The notes beneath the pieces were generated by a model. It saw only the letters and a program-made list of their open reading frames with translations. It searched no databases and was not told where the DNA came from. From positions 1-64,000 of the forward strand of contig JAPMXV010000058.1 of NCBI GenBank assembly GCA_026936335.1: DNA of 64,000 nt. Reading direction: 5' to 3'. Positions 1 to 10,992 of this stretch are shown here, piece by piece. The translations under genes were made by a program, and so were the position numbers. The stretch comes from Mantamonas sphyraenae STR306 (Eukaryota; Protista; CRuMs). How positions within the stretch are numbered: the first letter of the stretch is position 1; every line of letters starts with the position of its first letter.

Positions 1-231
1 CCTAACCCTAACCCTAACCCTAACCCTAACCCTAACCCTAACCCTAACCCTAACCCTAACCCTAACCCTAACCCTAACCCTAACCCTAACCCTAACCCTA
101 ACCCTAACCCTAACCCTAACCCTAACCCTAACCCTAACCCTAACCCTAACCCTAACCCTAACCCTAACCCTAACCCTAACCCTAACCCTAACCCTAACTC
201 TAACCCTAACCCTAATCCTAACTCTGACCCT
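1..231. repeat. Telomeric repeat array (CCCTAA)n, i.e. TTAGGG-type chromosome end
   Basis: Perfect CCCTAA hexamers from 1 to ~198, then degenerate units (CTCTAA, TCCTAA, CTCTGA) to ~231, followed by a short AT-rich patch. Confidence 0.99.
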
Positions 232-498
232 ATAATATTTATTTAACATTGTTTATGATGAGTCCGGTCTAGGTCCTGTGAGTTGTGCTTGTGTTTGCTG
301 GCGGGGTGGCTGAGATGGCTGGTGACATGGGGCAGTGGGCAATTTGTGGGTGTGGAAATGGCGCTGGTGAGTGGCCGTCGTCTTGCAACGCCGCCCAGTC
401 AGCACTGCCCATCCGCCTTCAACCAAAACATCACCAACACCCACAGCTCCCTCCACCAGTTCAACACATTCCACATACACTCCAGTACCACCATCACC

Positions 499-3400
499 AT
501 GGACAAAGACTACTCAAGCACTCCGAAGCAACAACACACTCCCAACACCTACCCAGCGTGCGTTCTGCCTTCCACTCCGTTTTCTGACTGCCCGTTTCTC
601 CCGCTTCCTTGCCCCCTCCATGCCTCCGTCGCTTCGCTGCATTCCTCGCCTGCATCTCCACTTCCCCATCACCACCGTTGCTGCCTTCACCGCTCTTTTC
701 CGATCCCCTCTCCCCTGTCACTGCCCTCCCCGTTGCCAGTTTCCCGGTCTGCCAATCTCCTCCGTTTTTCCCTCTCTGCTCGTTCCAGCCTCCCTTCACC
801 CCCGCTTCTGCCCTGACGGCGTCCATTCCACCTTCCGCTCACCGTCTCCACCCCGCATTGCCACCGTCCCTGTCTCACCACACAGCTACGGTTACATGGT
901 CCCTCCCATGGCTGCCCAGCCATTTCCGAACATGCTGCCCGCCTCTGGCGTTCAAAACCCGTACCAGCAACCACAACCACCCATCATCTGGGTCCCTGTC
1001 AACACCTACTCTCAGCAACACCACGCGTATGCACATCAGGGCCACCCACACTACGCCTACCCTCCTCCGCCGCCTCCACAGCCGCGACAAACTGCCCAGA
1101 TGCACTTCGCTCAGACTCCGTTGCACCCTCCGCCTGCTCAACCCACCACAAACCACAACCGCGTCTCCAAACGCGTCAGCCCTGCCTTTGTTGGCATCAC
1201 ACGGACCACATCCACCACCACATCGTCGTTCTCCTCCCACCAGGCCACACAGCAGACTGGAGACAGCGACGACGACGACGCAGACCAGGACACACACACA
1301 CATGACACCGGTGACGTGGAGGACCTGATGGTACTGAACTTTGGCCACCGTGAACCACGGTCAATCTCCAGCAACTCACAGTGGATGACCAGCTCAGGGA
1401 TGGAGGCGTACGATGAAGACGGAGAGGCAAACCACGCAGACCAGCAGCAGGTGGACGACGAGTCGGAAACTCAGGGCACACTTAGCTTCTCAGACACTGG
1501 AGATGCCATGGATGAGGAGTACATGCCGCAAGACGACAGCGACGACGACACAGACGACATGGAGCAGGTGGACAGGGACGAATGGCAGCCGACACGCACA
1601 GGTAGAGGCCAAAGACGACGCAGAGGCCACGCCAGTCGTCTTACTGGATCACAAATGATGAAAGGCAGCGGACAGCGGAGGCTCAGGGTCACGGCTGGCA
1701 GTGGCACAGAGACAGGAACGTCGAGCACACGGGCAAGGAGGGCCAAGAACGGAGACAACGGCGCACGGAAGAAAGCAAGCGTGAACAAGACGAACAAGTT
1801 GCCAGATGGCGTTGTGCGCAAAGGGTGGACAGCGGGACCCAGTGACGAGCGCACCCGCAGCAACAACCAGGAGCACACGGCACTGCTGAAGCACATGCAC
1901 ACTCTGGCCAACGAGCATCGCATCGACAACATCCCCGAGCTCATGACACTGCAGGCGCGTGTTGTGGTCTGCCATGGCACCCTGAACACGCTTGTCCGAC
2001 AGATTCAGCTCGCTGTGGGCAACATCCCCCTCTCCCAGGGGGACATGGCCTTCTTCCTCACCCTTCTCGGCCGTGAATCGGATCAACAGGCGTGCAGCAA
2101 AGCCATCCCCGACGCTGGTCTGGCCGCGGGTGTGACAAAGGCTGGGTTGAAGGTGTGCTGGCTGGAGGAGCCACACGACCACGGTGACCCCAACTACGCC
2201 CTCCTCCACCTGCTCATGACAGAGATGGACACTCTCGGCGACAGGCCCCATCCCACCACCTGGAAGGAGCACGAGGAGACCCAGTTGTGGCTGCAGAAAG
2301 CACGACGCCCTGCTGACAACGACAGCGACCCGCACTGGACACAATGCGACTACGACCACCACCTCACCACCACCAAGGTGGGTAAGTGGCATCCTGAGTC
2401 TGTGCGCAGTGGCTGGAGCAAAGCCAGTCACGACGAGCGTGGCAGCTGCACGGCGCGGGAGTTCCAGACGCTGCTGGCACACATGAAGGCACGCGCAGCC
2501 AAGCACCCTCGCCATCAGCTCACACACGAGTACCAGGCACTGCGTGAGCTGGTCAACTATGGCAGCAAGCTGTCCCTGGTGCGACACATCATCCTGGCGC
2601 TGGGCAACGTGGGCGTGCCGCCTGTCGACCTGGCCTTCTTTGTCCGCCTCCTCAGGCCACGCCTTACCTGCAAGCAGGTTCAACTTGCCATCAGCAACAC
2701 CCTCACCCGTGGCGTCACCTCCCTCTCCCTCAAGATCGCATGGCTTGACAAACCCCAACGCAGCGACGCCACACTGCACACTCTCCTCCACACCCTCATC
2801 GACCGCATCACACCCCATATCACCACCCGTCCCACCACTACCGACGCCGTCAACTCCCTCCGCATCCCCAAGCTTGTTCTGCCCGAGCCAACAGAGGAGG
2901 AGTTGGTGGTCGTGGAGGATGGACTGCCAGATGGCGTTGTGCGCAGTGGCTGGACAAACTGGCGCAAGAGCGAGCGCAGCCACAGCAACATGAAGGAGCA
3001 CACGGGACTGCTGAACCACATGCACACTCTGGCCAACGAGCATCGCATCGATAACATCTCCGACCTGATGATCCTGCAGGCGCGTGTTGTGGTCTGCCAT
3101 GGCACCCTGAACACGCTGGTCCGACAGATTCAGCTCGCTCTAGGCAATATTCCCCTCTCCCAAGGAGACATGGCCTTCTGCCTCACCCTTCTCGGTCGTG
3201 ATGTGGATCAACGTTTGTGCAGCCTTGCCATCCCCGACGCTGGTCTGGCCATGGGTGTGACTGAGGATGGGTTGAAGGTGTGCTGGCTGGAGGAGCCACA
3301 CGACCACGGTGACCCCAACTACGCCCTCCTCCACCTGCTCATGACAGAGATGGACACTCTCGGCAACAGGGCCCATCCCACCACATGGAAGGAGCACGAG

Positions 3401-4069
3401 CAGACCCAGCTGCGGTTGCAGAAAGCACGACGCCCTGCTGACAACGACAGCGACCAGCACTGGACACAATGCGACTACGACCACCACCTCACCACCATCA
3501 AGATGGACAAGTGGCATCCCGAGTCTGTGCGCAGTGGCTGGAGCAAGACCGGAGACGAGCGTGGTAGCTGCACGGCGCGGGAGTTCCGGACGCTGCTGGC
3601 ACACATGAAGGCACGCGCAGCCAAGCACCCTCGCCATCAGCACGCACACGAGTACCAGGCACTGCGTGAGCTGATCAACAACGGTAGCCTGAACTCCCTG
3701 GTGCGACACATCATCCTGGCGCTGGGCAACGTTGGCGTGCCTCCTGTCGACCTGGCCTTCTTTGTCCGTCTCCTCAGGCCACAACTCACCTACAACCAAG
3801 TTCAAGGTGCCATCAGCGCCACCCTCACCCGCGGTGTCACCTCCCTCTCCCTCAAGATCGCCTGGCTCGACAACCCCAAACCCAGCGACGCCACACTGCA
3901 CACCCTTCTCCACACCCTCATCGACCGCATCACACCCCACATCACCACCCGCCCTACCACTGTAGCACTCGTCGACGCCTACCCCATCCCCTCGTTCACC
4001 CTCCCCAAGCGCAAAGACCCTTCCTCCTCCTCCTCCTCCTCCTCCGCCAAACGCCAGCGCCTTGAATGA
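499..4069 (+). CDS. Telomere-adjacent uncharacterised protein (~1080 aa) with four copies of an unrecognised ~150-190 aa module; exons 499-557 and 886-4069
   Basis: Long ORF 371-4069. ATG 499 with a GTGCGT donor at 558 and a CACAG acceptor at 885 keeps frame (MDKDY...YPA/YGYMVPP). P/Q-rich and acidic N-terminus, internally duplicated body, C-terminal KRQR. Confidence 0.75.
1799..3960 (+). repeat. Intragenic tandem duplication of ~1.1 kb (copy 1 ~1799-2840, copy 2 ~2924-3960)
   Basis: Highly similar nucleotide and peptide blocks running from LPDGVVR.GW to TLIDRITPHITTRPTT occur twice. Confidence 0.95.
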
Positions 4070-4430
4070 ACCCTTTCATTCCCACACCCTTACCACTCAC
4101 CCTCTCCTCCGCACGCAATCACCCTCTCTATCTGGCAGCGCATCTGCAGGTGCTTCCACCGCTGTTGACGCTGAACAATCAGAACAAGCCAGATTTGAGA
4201 GGAGATGGGGTGATTATGGTCTGGGTGTGAGCATGCTGTACGACTACGCCGTTGACCGGGGCGCCGACGCTCGTCTCCGTGAGAAACACGTGGTGCAACT
4301 TGAGCAGTTGCTGGAATGGCTGCCAACACCCGTTGACGCAGCCGAGTTGATCGTTAAGCACGCAACACACGCATCACACATCATGGTTGCATTCCTTCCC
4401 AATGGCACATTGATCCGAAGGCATCGACTC

Positions 4431-4545
4431 CACACTGCACACCCTCCTCTACACCCTCATCGACCGAATCACACCCCACAACACCATCCGCCCCACAACC
4501 ACCACACTCGCCAACTCCTTCCCCATTCCCCTCTTCATTCCTCTT
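4431..4545 (+). pseudogene. Relic third copy of the 3' end of the subtelomeric repeat unit
   Basis: Translates as TLHTLLYTLIDRITPHNTIRPTTTTLANSFPIPLFIP, versus TLHTLLHTLIDRITPHITTRPTTVALVDAYPIPSFTLP at ~3893-4006. Confidence 0.8.
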
Positions 4546-7500
4546 CCTGCCCCTCCACAATCCCCTCCAGCTGTGGCTTCAACAAATACACCCCGTGCTG
4601 CATGTACACCTGGTACGAGCTGCGCTTGTGCACACTCACCAAACTGCTGTGCAAATCATCGCTCAGCGCAACCAACACCCGCTCATTGTCTGACCGCAGC
4701 TCGCTCCCCATGTACAAAAACGACGTCATCACGTAGTGAAAGAACCTGAGAAACTCCACCGCCTCTCCCGTCACATTCACAAACTGCGACCCCGGCAGCC
4801 GCTGCAGCGACGTCTGCGCCTTGCCAAAGTGTGCCCCAATCCGAAGGGTTGCCCGATCACACAGCCGCCTCCCATCCTCCATTGAGCTCACCATTGCCTG
4901 CTGCAACGACAAGCACGTGCCCAGCGCCAGCGCACTCGGGTGTTCCCTCTGGCCCCCTCGGTTGGCGCTTTCCGCCTGCCGCGCACGCAGTTCCTCCACG
5001 CTGCTCAGCCGCCTCTTTCTGTCCATGTACTGTGTCTCCAGGTGCACGTCGCTGCTTAGCACCACCGTGCTCCCCAGCACCTGCACAAGCCGCATGCCGT
5101 GCTCCCTGCCCACCGCGCACACCATCTGCATCACCTCGTCCTGCACCGCCCACCAGTTTTCCTGCTCCCGCGACTCCACCTCCACCTCGACAAACAGCAT
5201 CCCTACTTTCCCCTCCGCGCTCGTCAATTCGTTCCCGTCCTGTGACACGCTCAGCCGCCTGTGCATCGCCAGCTCACGCATGCTCTGCACATTCGACTCC
5301 ACAGCCACCCCAAGCACCTGTTCACTCTCCAGCACTTGCCAGTGGCGCAGTTTCTCTCGCCGCAGCAGCATCTTCAGCACAAAAAGCAACCGCTCGCCAC
5401 TCTCGTACCGCATCACCACAACCGTCATGCCCACCACGCCAATCACAGTGTTCAGCGCATCCCCAGCAACAATGCGTGCCGAGTTGCCAAGCAGCACATT
5501 GGCAACCACGTCCCCAACCATCAGCACCCCACACACGCTCACATACTCCATCGCCAGCAGTCCCGCTGTCCCATACATCATGATGGCCACAATCTGCGAC
5601 GTCAGCATCTCTTCCCGCCACGCTTCGTCCCACACCATGGCCTTCAGCGCCACAAACAGGCCCGTGCTCAGCACCATGTACACGACCGTGACCCCCGCCG
5701 TCTTGGTGCGGCTCGCACAAAGCGCCTTGGAGTTTTCCAACGCCAGCACCTTGATCCCCAGCAACAACGCAAGGGCAGGCACACGCACCGTCAGCACAAA
5801 CCCCAGCTGCGGCGAGTCCCATCCCAGCAACACGTCCGACAGCGTCCCAAACAGCAGCCACACCATCACCCACGCCACGATCGACCGCTGGTTGAACCTG
5901 TCATGTGACGTGTTGGCCTTGTGCCACCACGTCACAAACCGCTGCTCCATCTCCGCGCATGCAAACCGGCCCCACGGCCCTTTCTGCAGCACCGTCATGT
6001 TTGCGTCCAAACTCGTTGCCGCGTACCTCAGGAAGCGCATGTCTTCGTCCACCTCTGCGTGTGTTCCCACGCTTTGTGTGTCGTCCCCACCATGCGTCGC
6101 AAGCTCCTCCACCTTTCGATGCAGCATCAGCTCTTCGTGCACGCTCATGTTCTGCCGCATCGCACGCACCGTCACACGTGATCGCGTCGGCGACTCTCCT
6201 CCACCCAGTGACCCGCTGCTGTTGCTCCGCACCAGGCTTCGCCCGCTTGGCGAACGCTCCATCGACGACACCTCGTTGTGCTGCGCATCCTCCAGCAGGT
6301 ACCGTGTCGACGCCTCGCTCGTCGTCGGTCCGTCGTCCAACGCCCGTCGCAAGCGTGCCTTCACAGACGTCCCGTACTGTCCACTCACAGACCGTGGCTC
6401 CTCCAGCCCTCCCGTCGCACTGCTCGTGCCCGTTGCCCCTCCCGCGGTCATGCTCAAGATCGCCTCCAGGCTGTTGCTCGCCCGCAGGTAGTACCTCCGT
6501 GGCGGTCCAATCGACAGTGTTCCCGCAAGTGGGTGACCCTCGCTCCGCAGCAACTCGCTCTCCGACACCATCTGCGACCCAAACTCGTCGCACACCTCCG
6601 CGTACGCCTGCGGCGTCACCTGCGTAAACGACCCGTTGTGCGTCACGTTCACGGTGCTCAGGTACGCAGGCGGCGTGTGGTGCATTGTCTTTGCATACTC
6701 GATCGCTTGCCCGCACATGTGCGACACAAGCTGCACCCTGTCCTCGCGCGACTTGCGCAGCACAAGCACGCCCACCTCCATCTCCTCTACATGCACCGTC
6801 TGCCGCAGTCGCACAAAGTCCGGCACCCGGTGTGGCGCATGCGCCTGCGCACGCGCCACCTCTCGTTCAAACGCGGCCGCAAGCACAAGCACACGCGTCG
6901 CAAGCGTCTCTGTGTGCAGCACGTCCAGTCCCTGCTGCTCCAGGTTGTACGTCACCGTCCCTTCCGGCACCACTTCCCTCTCAAAGGTCGTTGGCGCCCG
7001 TGTGCCTAGCCACACGTCCAGCTGTGCAAGGCTCTCCTCCAGTGACCGCTCCTCCATCTCTCCCTTTGGCTGTGCGTCCACCCGCTCCTCCACGCCACAC
7101 ACAACCCACAACGAGCCCAGCAGATGCGTCACGCGCAGTTTGTAAAAGTTTGCACACGTCTCCAGCACGGCCAGCATCTGCGTCTGCGATTGCACCGTTT
7201 CGCTCTCGATTTCCACAAGCAGCATCGAGCAAAGGCCACGGATGGGCCGCAGCCGCACGCTACGCTCCTGCGCCTCCCGTACCACTTTTCGAAACGGCCC
7301 GCTCCGCATGCGCGACCGCATCAGCCGCGGGCCACGCTGCGTGTCCGATTCCTCCTCCCCTCCGTTCCCTTGCTCTCCCTCCACCTCCGCCAGCTTCGAT
7401 GCAACTGTACGCAGCACATACTCTGGATTGCGCACCTTGTTCTTCACCTTGGCTTCTGCCATCAGCGAATTCAGCATCGGCCGCTGAAGTTGCGCCCCGC

Positions 7501-8986
7501 CCCCGTGCCGCATCTGCCGCTCCATCCCTGCGCTCCTCCCTGTAGGCGCCTTTACCTCCTTCCGCAACGTCTCCAGCATCGATCGCGACAGAGGTGCATG
7601 TACACGGTCCCCAAATTTGTTCAGCGCATCCACCACGTGCACGTGCACATAGTTCAACGCTGACGCAATCCCAAACATCCGCAGCTTCTGCTTTACACAC
7701 AGCCGCGCCACGTGCAGGCCACTCACAAGCACACCCAGCGACGGCAAACCCAGCAACGCCGTCGTTTCCAAAAGACCCGACGATTCCATTGCCCCTGCCA
7801 GCGCCAGCGTCAACACAAACGCAACCACAAACAGCGGCGTCGCCAAGCTCACCGATACCGTTGTGCTGTCGTGATACAGCGCCGGGTACAGTATGAGCAC
7901 CGTCAAAAACACGGTGTACGTCCTGGTCTTCAGTACCATCGACGAGATGTAGCTCAGAGCGCACGACACAAGCACCATCAGGAAAGTCGACATCAGCATC
8001 TGCGACGGGCCTAGCAGCCACACCGTCGCACCCATGGCCAGCAACAGCAGCAACAGCACTGCATACGGCAGCGACATTTCCGACCACTTGCTCATGTCCA
8101 CCTGCGTCAGGCTCAGCACAAGCCACAACACGCACAGCGCGCTCAGAACGCCCACATACACCTTGTGCATCAGACACTGCTCGCTCACAAACCCATTCAC
8201 AGAAAACGCCTGAAGCTGTGCAAACGCATCCCTGTTCACCAACCGCAGTGCAAACGGCGTCTCGTTCGCTGCCGCTGCTGCGGTCCGCCCCCAGTCCGAC
8301 TCGTGTTCCCCAGCGTGCATCCACGCCGCCCCGTACACCTGTCCAAAGATGTCATACGGCAGAGTATCGTACAGCTCTGCCCGCTTGTTCCGCCTGTACA
8401 TCTCCTGCCTTGCCACAGACCTCCTCTGCGTCCCCGTCGACTCCTGCGACCCGCCTCGCTCCAGCCACGACTCGATCTCCTGGCTCTCCATAGTCCGTTC
8501 TTTTCGCCCGGCCCCCTTGCTCGCCACACTCAGCCGCCGATGCCTAAGCGATCGCCTGTCGTGAGATGTGTCCATTGTGTCGCTGATTCCTACCATGCTC
8601 AACGGGTCTGTGTTTGCCCGTGTCGTCCGTCCGCGCCTCTTCCCGCCCGTCAGCGGCACTTTCCCATCTGCCGCCCTTCTTCTCTCCTCCCCGCTTCCTT
8701 CGCTCCCGCTCCGCACCATTCCAGGCACGTGTGATGCCCCTTCATCTTTCCCCGCCTCATCTGCCTGTGTCCCCTTCTCGTCCTCATTCCTTCCTCTTTC
8801 TCGTTCTCCTCCACCTGCGCTGCTGCTGCTGCTGCTCTCGCTGCTGCTGCCAATGTGGCCATTGGGACCCCGCCCCACACTTTCCAACTCCCCGGCTAGC
8901 ATTGCATCCAGCTTCCAGAAAGGGTTCTCCTCCTCCCTCACAGGGCCTTCCTGAGCCGTGGGCCCTAGGAATGTCTCGATCTGCAT
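4535..8986 (-). CDS. Multi-pass membrane protein with two degenerate class III adenylate/guanylate cyclase domains (TM-C1-TM-C2)
   Basis: Two hydrophobic blocks, each followed by cyclase-like motifs (SMLLVEI..THLLGSLWV; GMLFVEV..VQVLGSTVV..LRIGAHFG..NVTGEAV). The first in-frame ATG is at 8986. Confidence 0.7.
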   Translation of the reverse strand: MQIETFLGPTAQEGPVREEENPFWKLDAMLAGELESVGRGPNGHIGSSSESSSSSSAGGGERERGRNEDEKGTQADEAGKDEGASHVPGMVRSGSEGSGEERRRAADGKVPLTGGKRRGRTTRANTDPLSMVGISDTMDTSHDRRSLRHRRLSVASKGAGRKERTMESQEIESWLERGGSQESTGTQRRSVARQEMYRRNKRAELYDTLPYDIFGQVYGAAWMHAGEHESDWGRTAAAAANETPFALRLVNRDAFAQLQAFSVNGFVSEQCLMHKVYVGVLSALCVLWLVLSLTQVDMSKWSEMSLPYAVLLLLLLAMGATVWLLGPSQMLMSTFLMVLVSCALSYISSMVLKTRTYTVFLTVLILYPALYHDSTTVSVSLATPLFVVAFVLTLALAGAMESSGLLETTALLGLPSLGVLVSGLHVARLCVKQKLRMFGIASALNYVHVHVVDALNKFGDRVHAPLSRSMLETLRKEVKAPTGRSAGMERQMRHGGGAQLQRPMLNSLMAEAKVKNKVRNPEYVLRTVASKLAEVEGEQGNGGEEESDTQRGPRLMRSRMRSGPFRKVVREAQERSVRLRPIRGLCSMLLVEIESETVQSQTQMLAVLETCANFYKLRVTHLLGSLWVVCGVEERVDAQPKGEMEERSLEESLAQLDVWLGTRAPTTFEREVVPEGTVTYNLEQQGLDVLHTETLATRVLVLAAAFEREVARAQAHAPHRVPDFVRLRQTVHVEEMEVGVLVLRKSREDRVQLVSHMCGQAIEYAKTMHHTPPAYLSTVNVTHNGSFTQVTPQAYAEVCDEFGSQMVSESELLRSEGHPLAGTLSIGPPRRYYLRASNSLEAILSMTAGGATGTSSATGGLEEPRSVSGQYGTSVKARLRRALDDGPTTSEASTRYLLEDAQHNEVSSMERSPSGRSLVRSNSSGSLGGGESPTRSRVTVRAMRQNMSVHEELMLHRKVEELATHGGDDTQSVGTHAEVDEDMRFLRYAATSLDANMTVLQKGPWGRFACAEMEQRFVTWWHKANTSHDRFNQRSIVAWVMVWLLFGTLSDVLLGWDSPQLGFVLTVRVPALALLLGIKVLALENSKALCASRTKTAGVTVVYMVLSTGLFVALKAMVWDEAWREEMLTSQIVAIMMYGTAGLLAMEYVSVCGVLMVGDVVANVLLGNSARIVAGDALNTVIGVVGMTVVVMRYESGERLLFVLKMLLRREKLRHWQVLESEQVLGVAVESNVQSMRELAMHRRLSVSQDGNELTSAEGKVGMLFVEVEVESREQENWWAVQDEVMQMVCAVGREHGMRLVQVLGSTVVLSSDVHLETQYMDRKRRLSSVEELRARQAESANRGGQREHPSALALGTCLSLQQAMVSSMEDGRRLCDRATLRIGAHFGKAQTSLQRLPGSQFVNVTGEAVEFLRFFHYVMTSFLYMGSELRSDNERVLVALSDDLHSSLVSVHKRSSYQVYMQHGVYLLKPQLEGIVEGQEEE

Positions 8987-9080
8987 GGGAGAAGCGACCG
9001 TGCCTTTGTTTTTGGTTTTGCTTCCCCGCCGCCTCCCACAACCTTCTCCCCCACACACACACTCCCCAGGCTACACGGCC

Positions 9081-10189
9081 TCAGCCCAGGCTCTCAATGC
9101 ACTGGTTGGCATGTTCTTCGATCGTCTCCAGCGGGAACGCTCCTCCACAGATGGGACACTCCACGGTCTGCTCCGCCGCCGTCGCGCTCACCACATTCTC
9201 CACCCCTGCCTCCACGGGAATCTGCAACTCTGCGTTGTTGTTCATACTCACAGACACTGTGTTGTGGCTGTACGTCTCTCCCTGCTGTGCGTCTCCACTC
9301 TCCTCTGCGGCGTGGTGTGGCTCCGCTTCTCCTTCGTTGCTCTCCGCCCCTTCCGTCAACTCCAAGTGGCCAAAGATCAGCTCCCCCTTCTTGCGGCAAA
9401 TATGCCCACTGTACTGTTCCCCTGTGTACTCGTTTGCGATCTCGCATCGGCCCTGCCACGCTCCGCCCACGTGCTCCTCAAAGTACCACTCTCCCTTCCA
9501 CACCTGGCCGTCCGCCGTCGTGTGCGACCCCACCCCGAAGCTTCCGTCCTTCTTCCACTCCCCCTCGTACCGGTTCCCGTTGATCCAGTGCGCCACCCCG
9601 AACCCGTTCATGTAGTCTGCCTTCCACTCTCCCTCGTACCACGTGCCGTCCTTCCACTTGAACGTACCCTTGCCCTCAAAGTTCCCGTCGCTCCACTCTC
9701 CGTCGTAGATGTCTCCGTTGTCGTAGTAGTACGTTCCGTACCCCTGGTGCTTCCCGTCCTTAAACGTGCCCACGTACCGTCCTCCAGAGCTCCACCGGAA
9801 CTCCCCTTGTCCTTGTCGCTGCGTTCTTGTGTCAGTCCGCATGCCCCCCCTCTCCCCTTCAACCCTCTGCACGCCCCCTCTCTTCCTCCTCCACTCGCCT
9901 GCGCCGCCCTTGAAACAAGACCACCCGAATTCCATTCCGCCGCCCCTCCCTCCCGCTTCTCCCACGCCTCTGCCGCCTTGCAGCACTCTCTTTGTGTCCA
10001 TCCCACACCGCCGCCCACCTGTGTTCTTCCACATACCTTGCCTTCCACCCAGTCACCCTCGTACCTGTTGCCAGACGCGTACGTGTACTTTCCGCGCCCG
10101 TGCCTCATGGACGCGTTGCTCTTTAGCGTCTCCCCTTCATACACATCCCCGTTGTCGTAGTTGATCGTCCGAAACTCTTCCGTCGGCAT
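9081..10189 (-). CDS. MORN-repeat protein with a C-terminal UBZ4-type zinc finger; exons 10189-10037 and 9818-9081 (~296 aa)
   Basis: Repeated YEGEW..G...G.G MORN motifs and C-terminal ECPICGGAFPLETIEEHANQC. The GTATGT donor and CTGAC..CAG acceptor are in phase 0. Confidence 0.85.
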
Positions 10190-10439
10190 GATTCTGCGTC
10201 TCTCACACGAGCCTGTGTGCGCCTGCGCACCCTTGCCCACCACAGCATCACCCCGTGTTTTTTCCTTCCCACGTGCCTGCCTGCCTGACTGGCCTTTATC
10301 CAGCCTTGCCCACGCCCGGAACTCCTTTTTGCACACACTTCCGCATGGACGCATGCATGTGTGCGGCGCCTGCCGCATGCCATGCTTTGCACGCCGCTGT
10401 CGCGCCGGCAATCGCAATTCGAAGCCACTCGCTCGCTGC

Positions 10440-10735
10440 AGCTGCCCGCACGCCTTTACCGGCCTGCCTGGCGGTCTGTCTGTCCACTCTCCAAGTGCTT
10501 TGGGGTAAAGTCCTCGGACCTATGGTAGAAAGTACCCGTGCTAACTGCACAATCCGCCCTGTGGCCGGCGGGCGCATGCGTGGAACCAGGACGGCCCTTG
10601 TGCCCGAGTTCAGTCCGCCGCGCCACGCGGGATAGTTCGTCATAGCATCATGCAATCCCATGTTGCCAGTCATGCGATTAGCAGCTTTCCTTTCGTGAAT
10701 GCTGCCGACTCAACGAGGCTCATGCGGCATGACGG
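10440..10735 (+). ncRNA. RMRP: RNase MRP RNA (ends approximate)
   Basis: CR-I AAAGTCCTCGG (10507-10517); P8 hairpin GGTA-GAAAG-TACC with the MRP-type GARAR loop (10524-10536); P9 GTGC..GCAC; CR-V ACGAGGCTCA (10713-10722) pairs with CR-I to form P4; P1-like pairing of 10443-10450 with 10723-10729. Confidence 0.85.
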
Positions 10736-10992
10736 CGGCCCCTGCAAGACATGCACCCGGTTCCGTGTCCCTGCAAATTTCCGTTCCGGCCAATGTGGCT
10801 CGCTGGCTTGTTCCACGCACCTTTGCCGCCAGCCTGGACTTGCCTCGTTTGTTTGCATATCCGGTGCTGCTGTGGCTCCAGCATCTCTGGCTATTGCACC
10901 CTCCCGCGTGCTTTGCCTTCAAAGGTTTCCAAAGACAAAGAGCGTCGGCCGTTCATTCATTCAGCACCATCCACTCTCCCATCTCTCCCATC

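Noticed and set aside
371-4069. Telomere-adjacent ORF as a telomeric retrotransposon or helicase
   Set aside because: No reverse-transcriptase, endonuclease, gag zinc-knuckle or helicase motifs were recognised.
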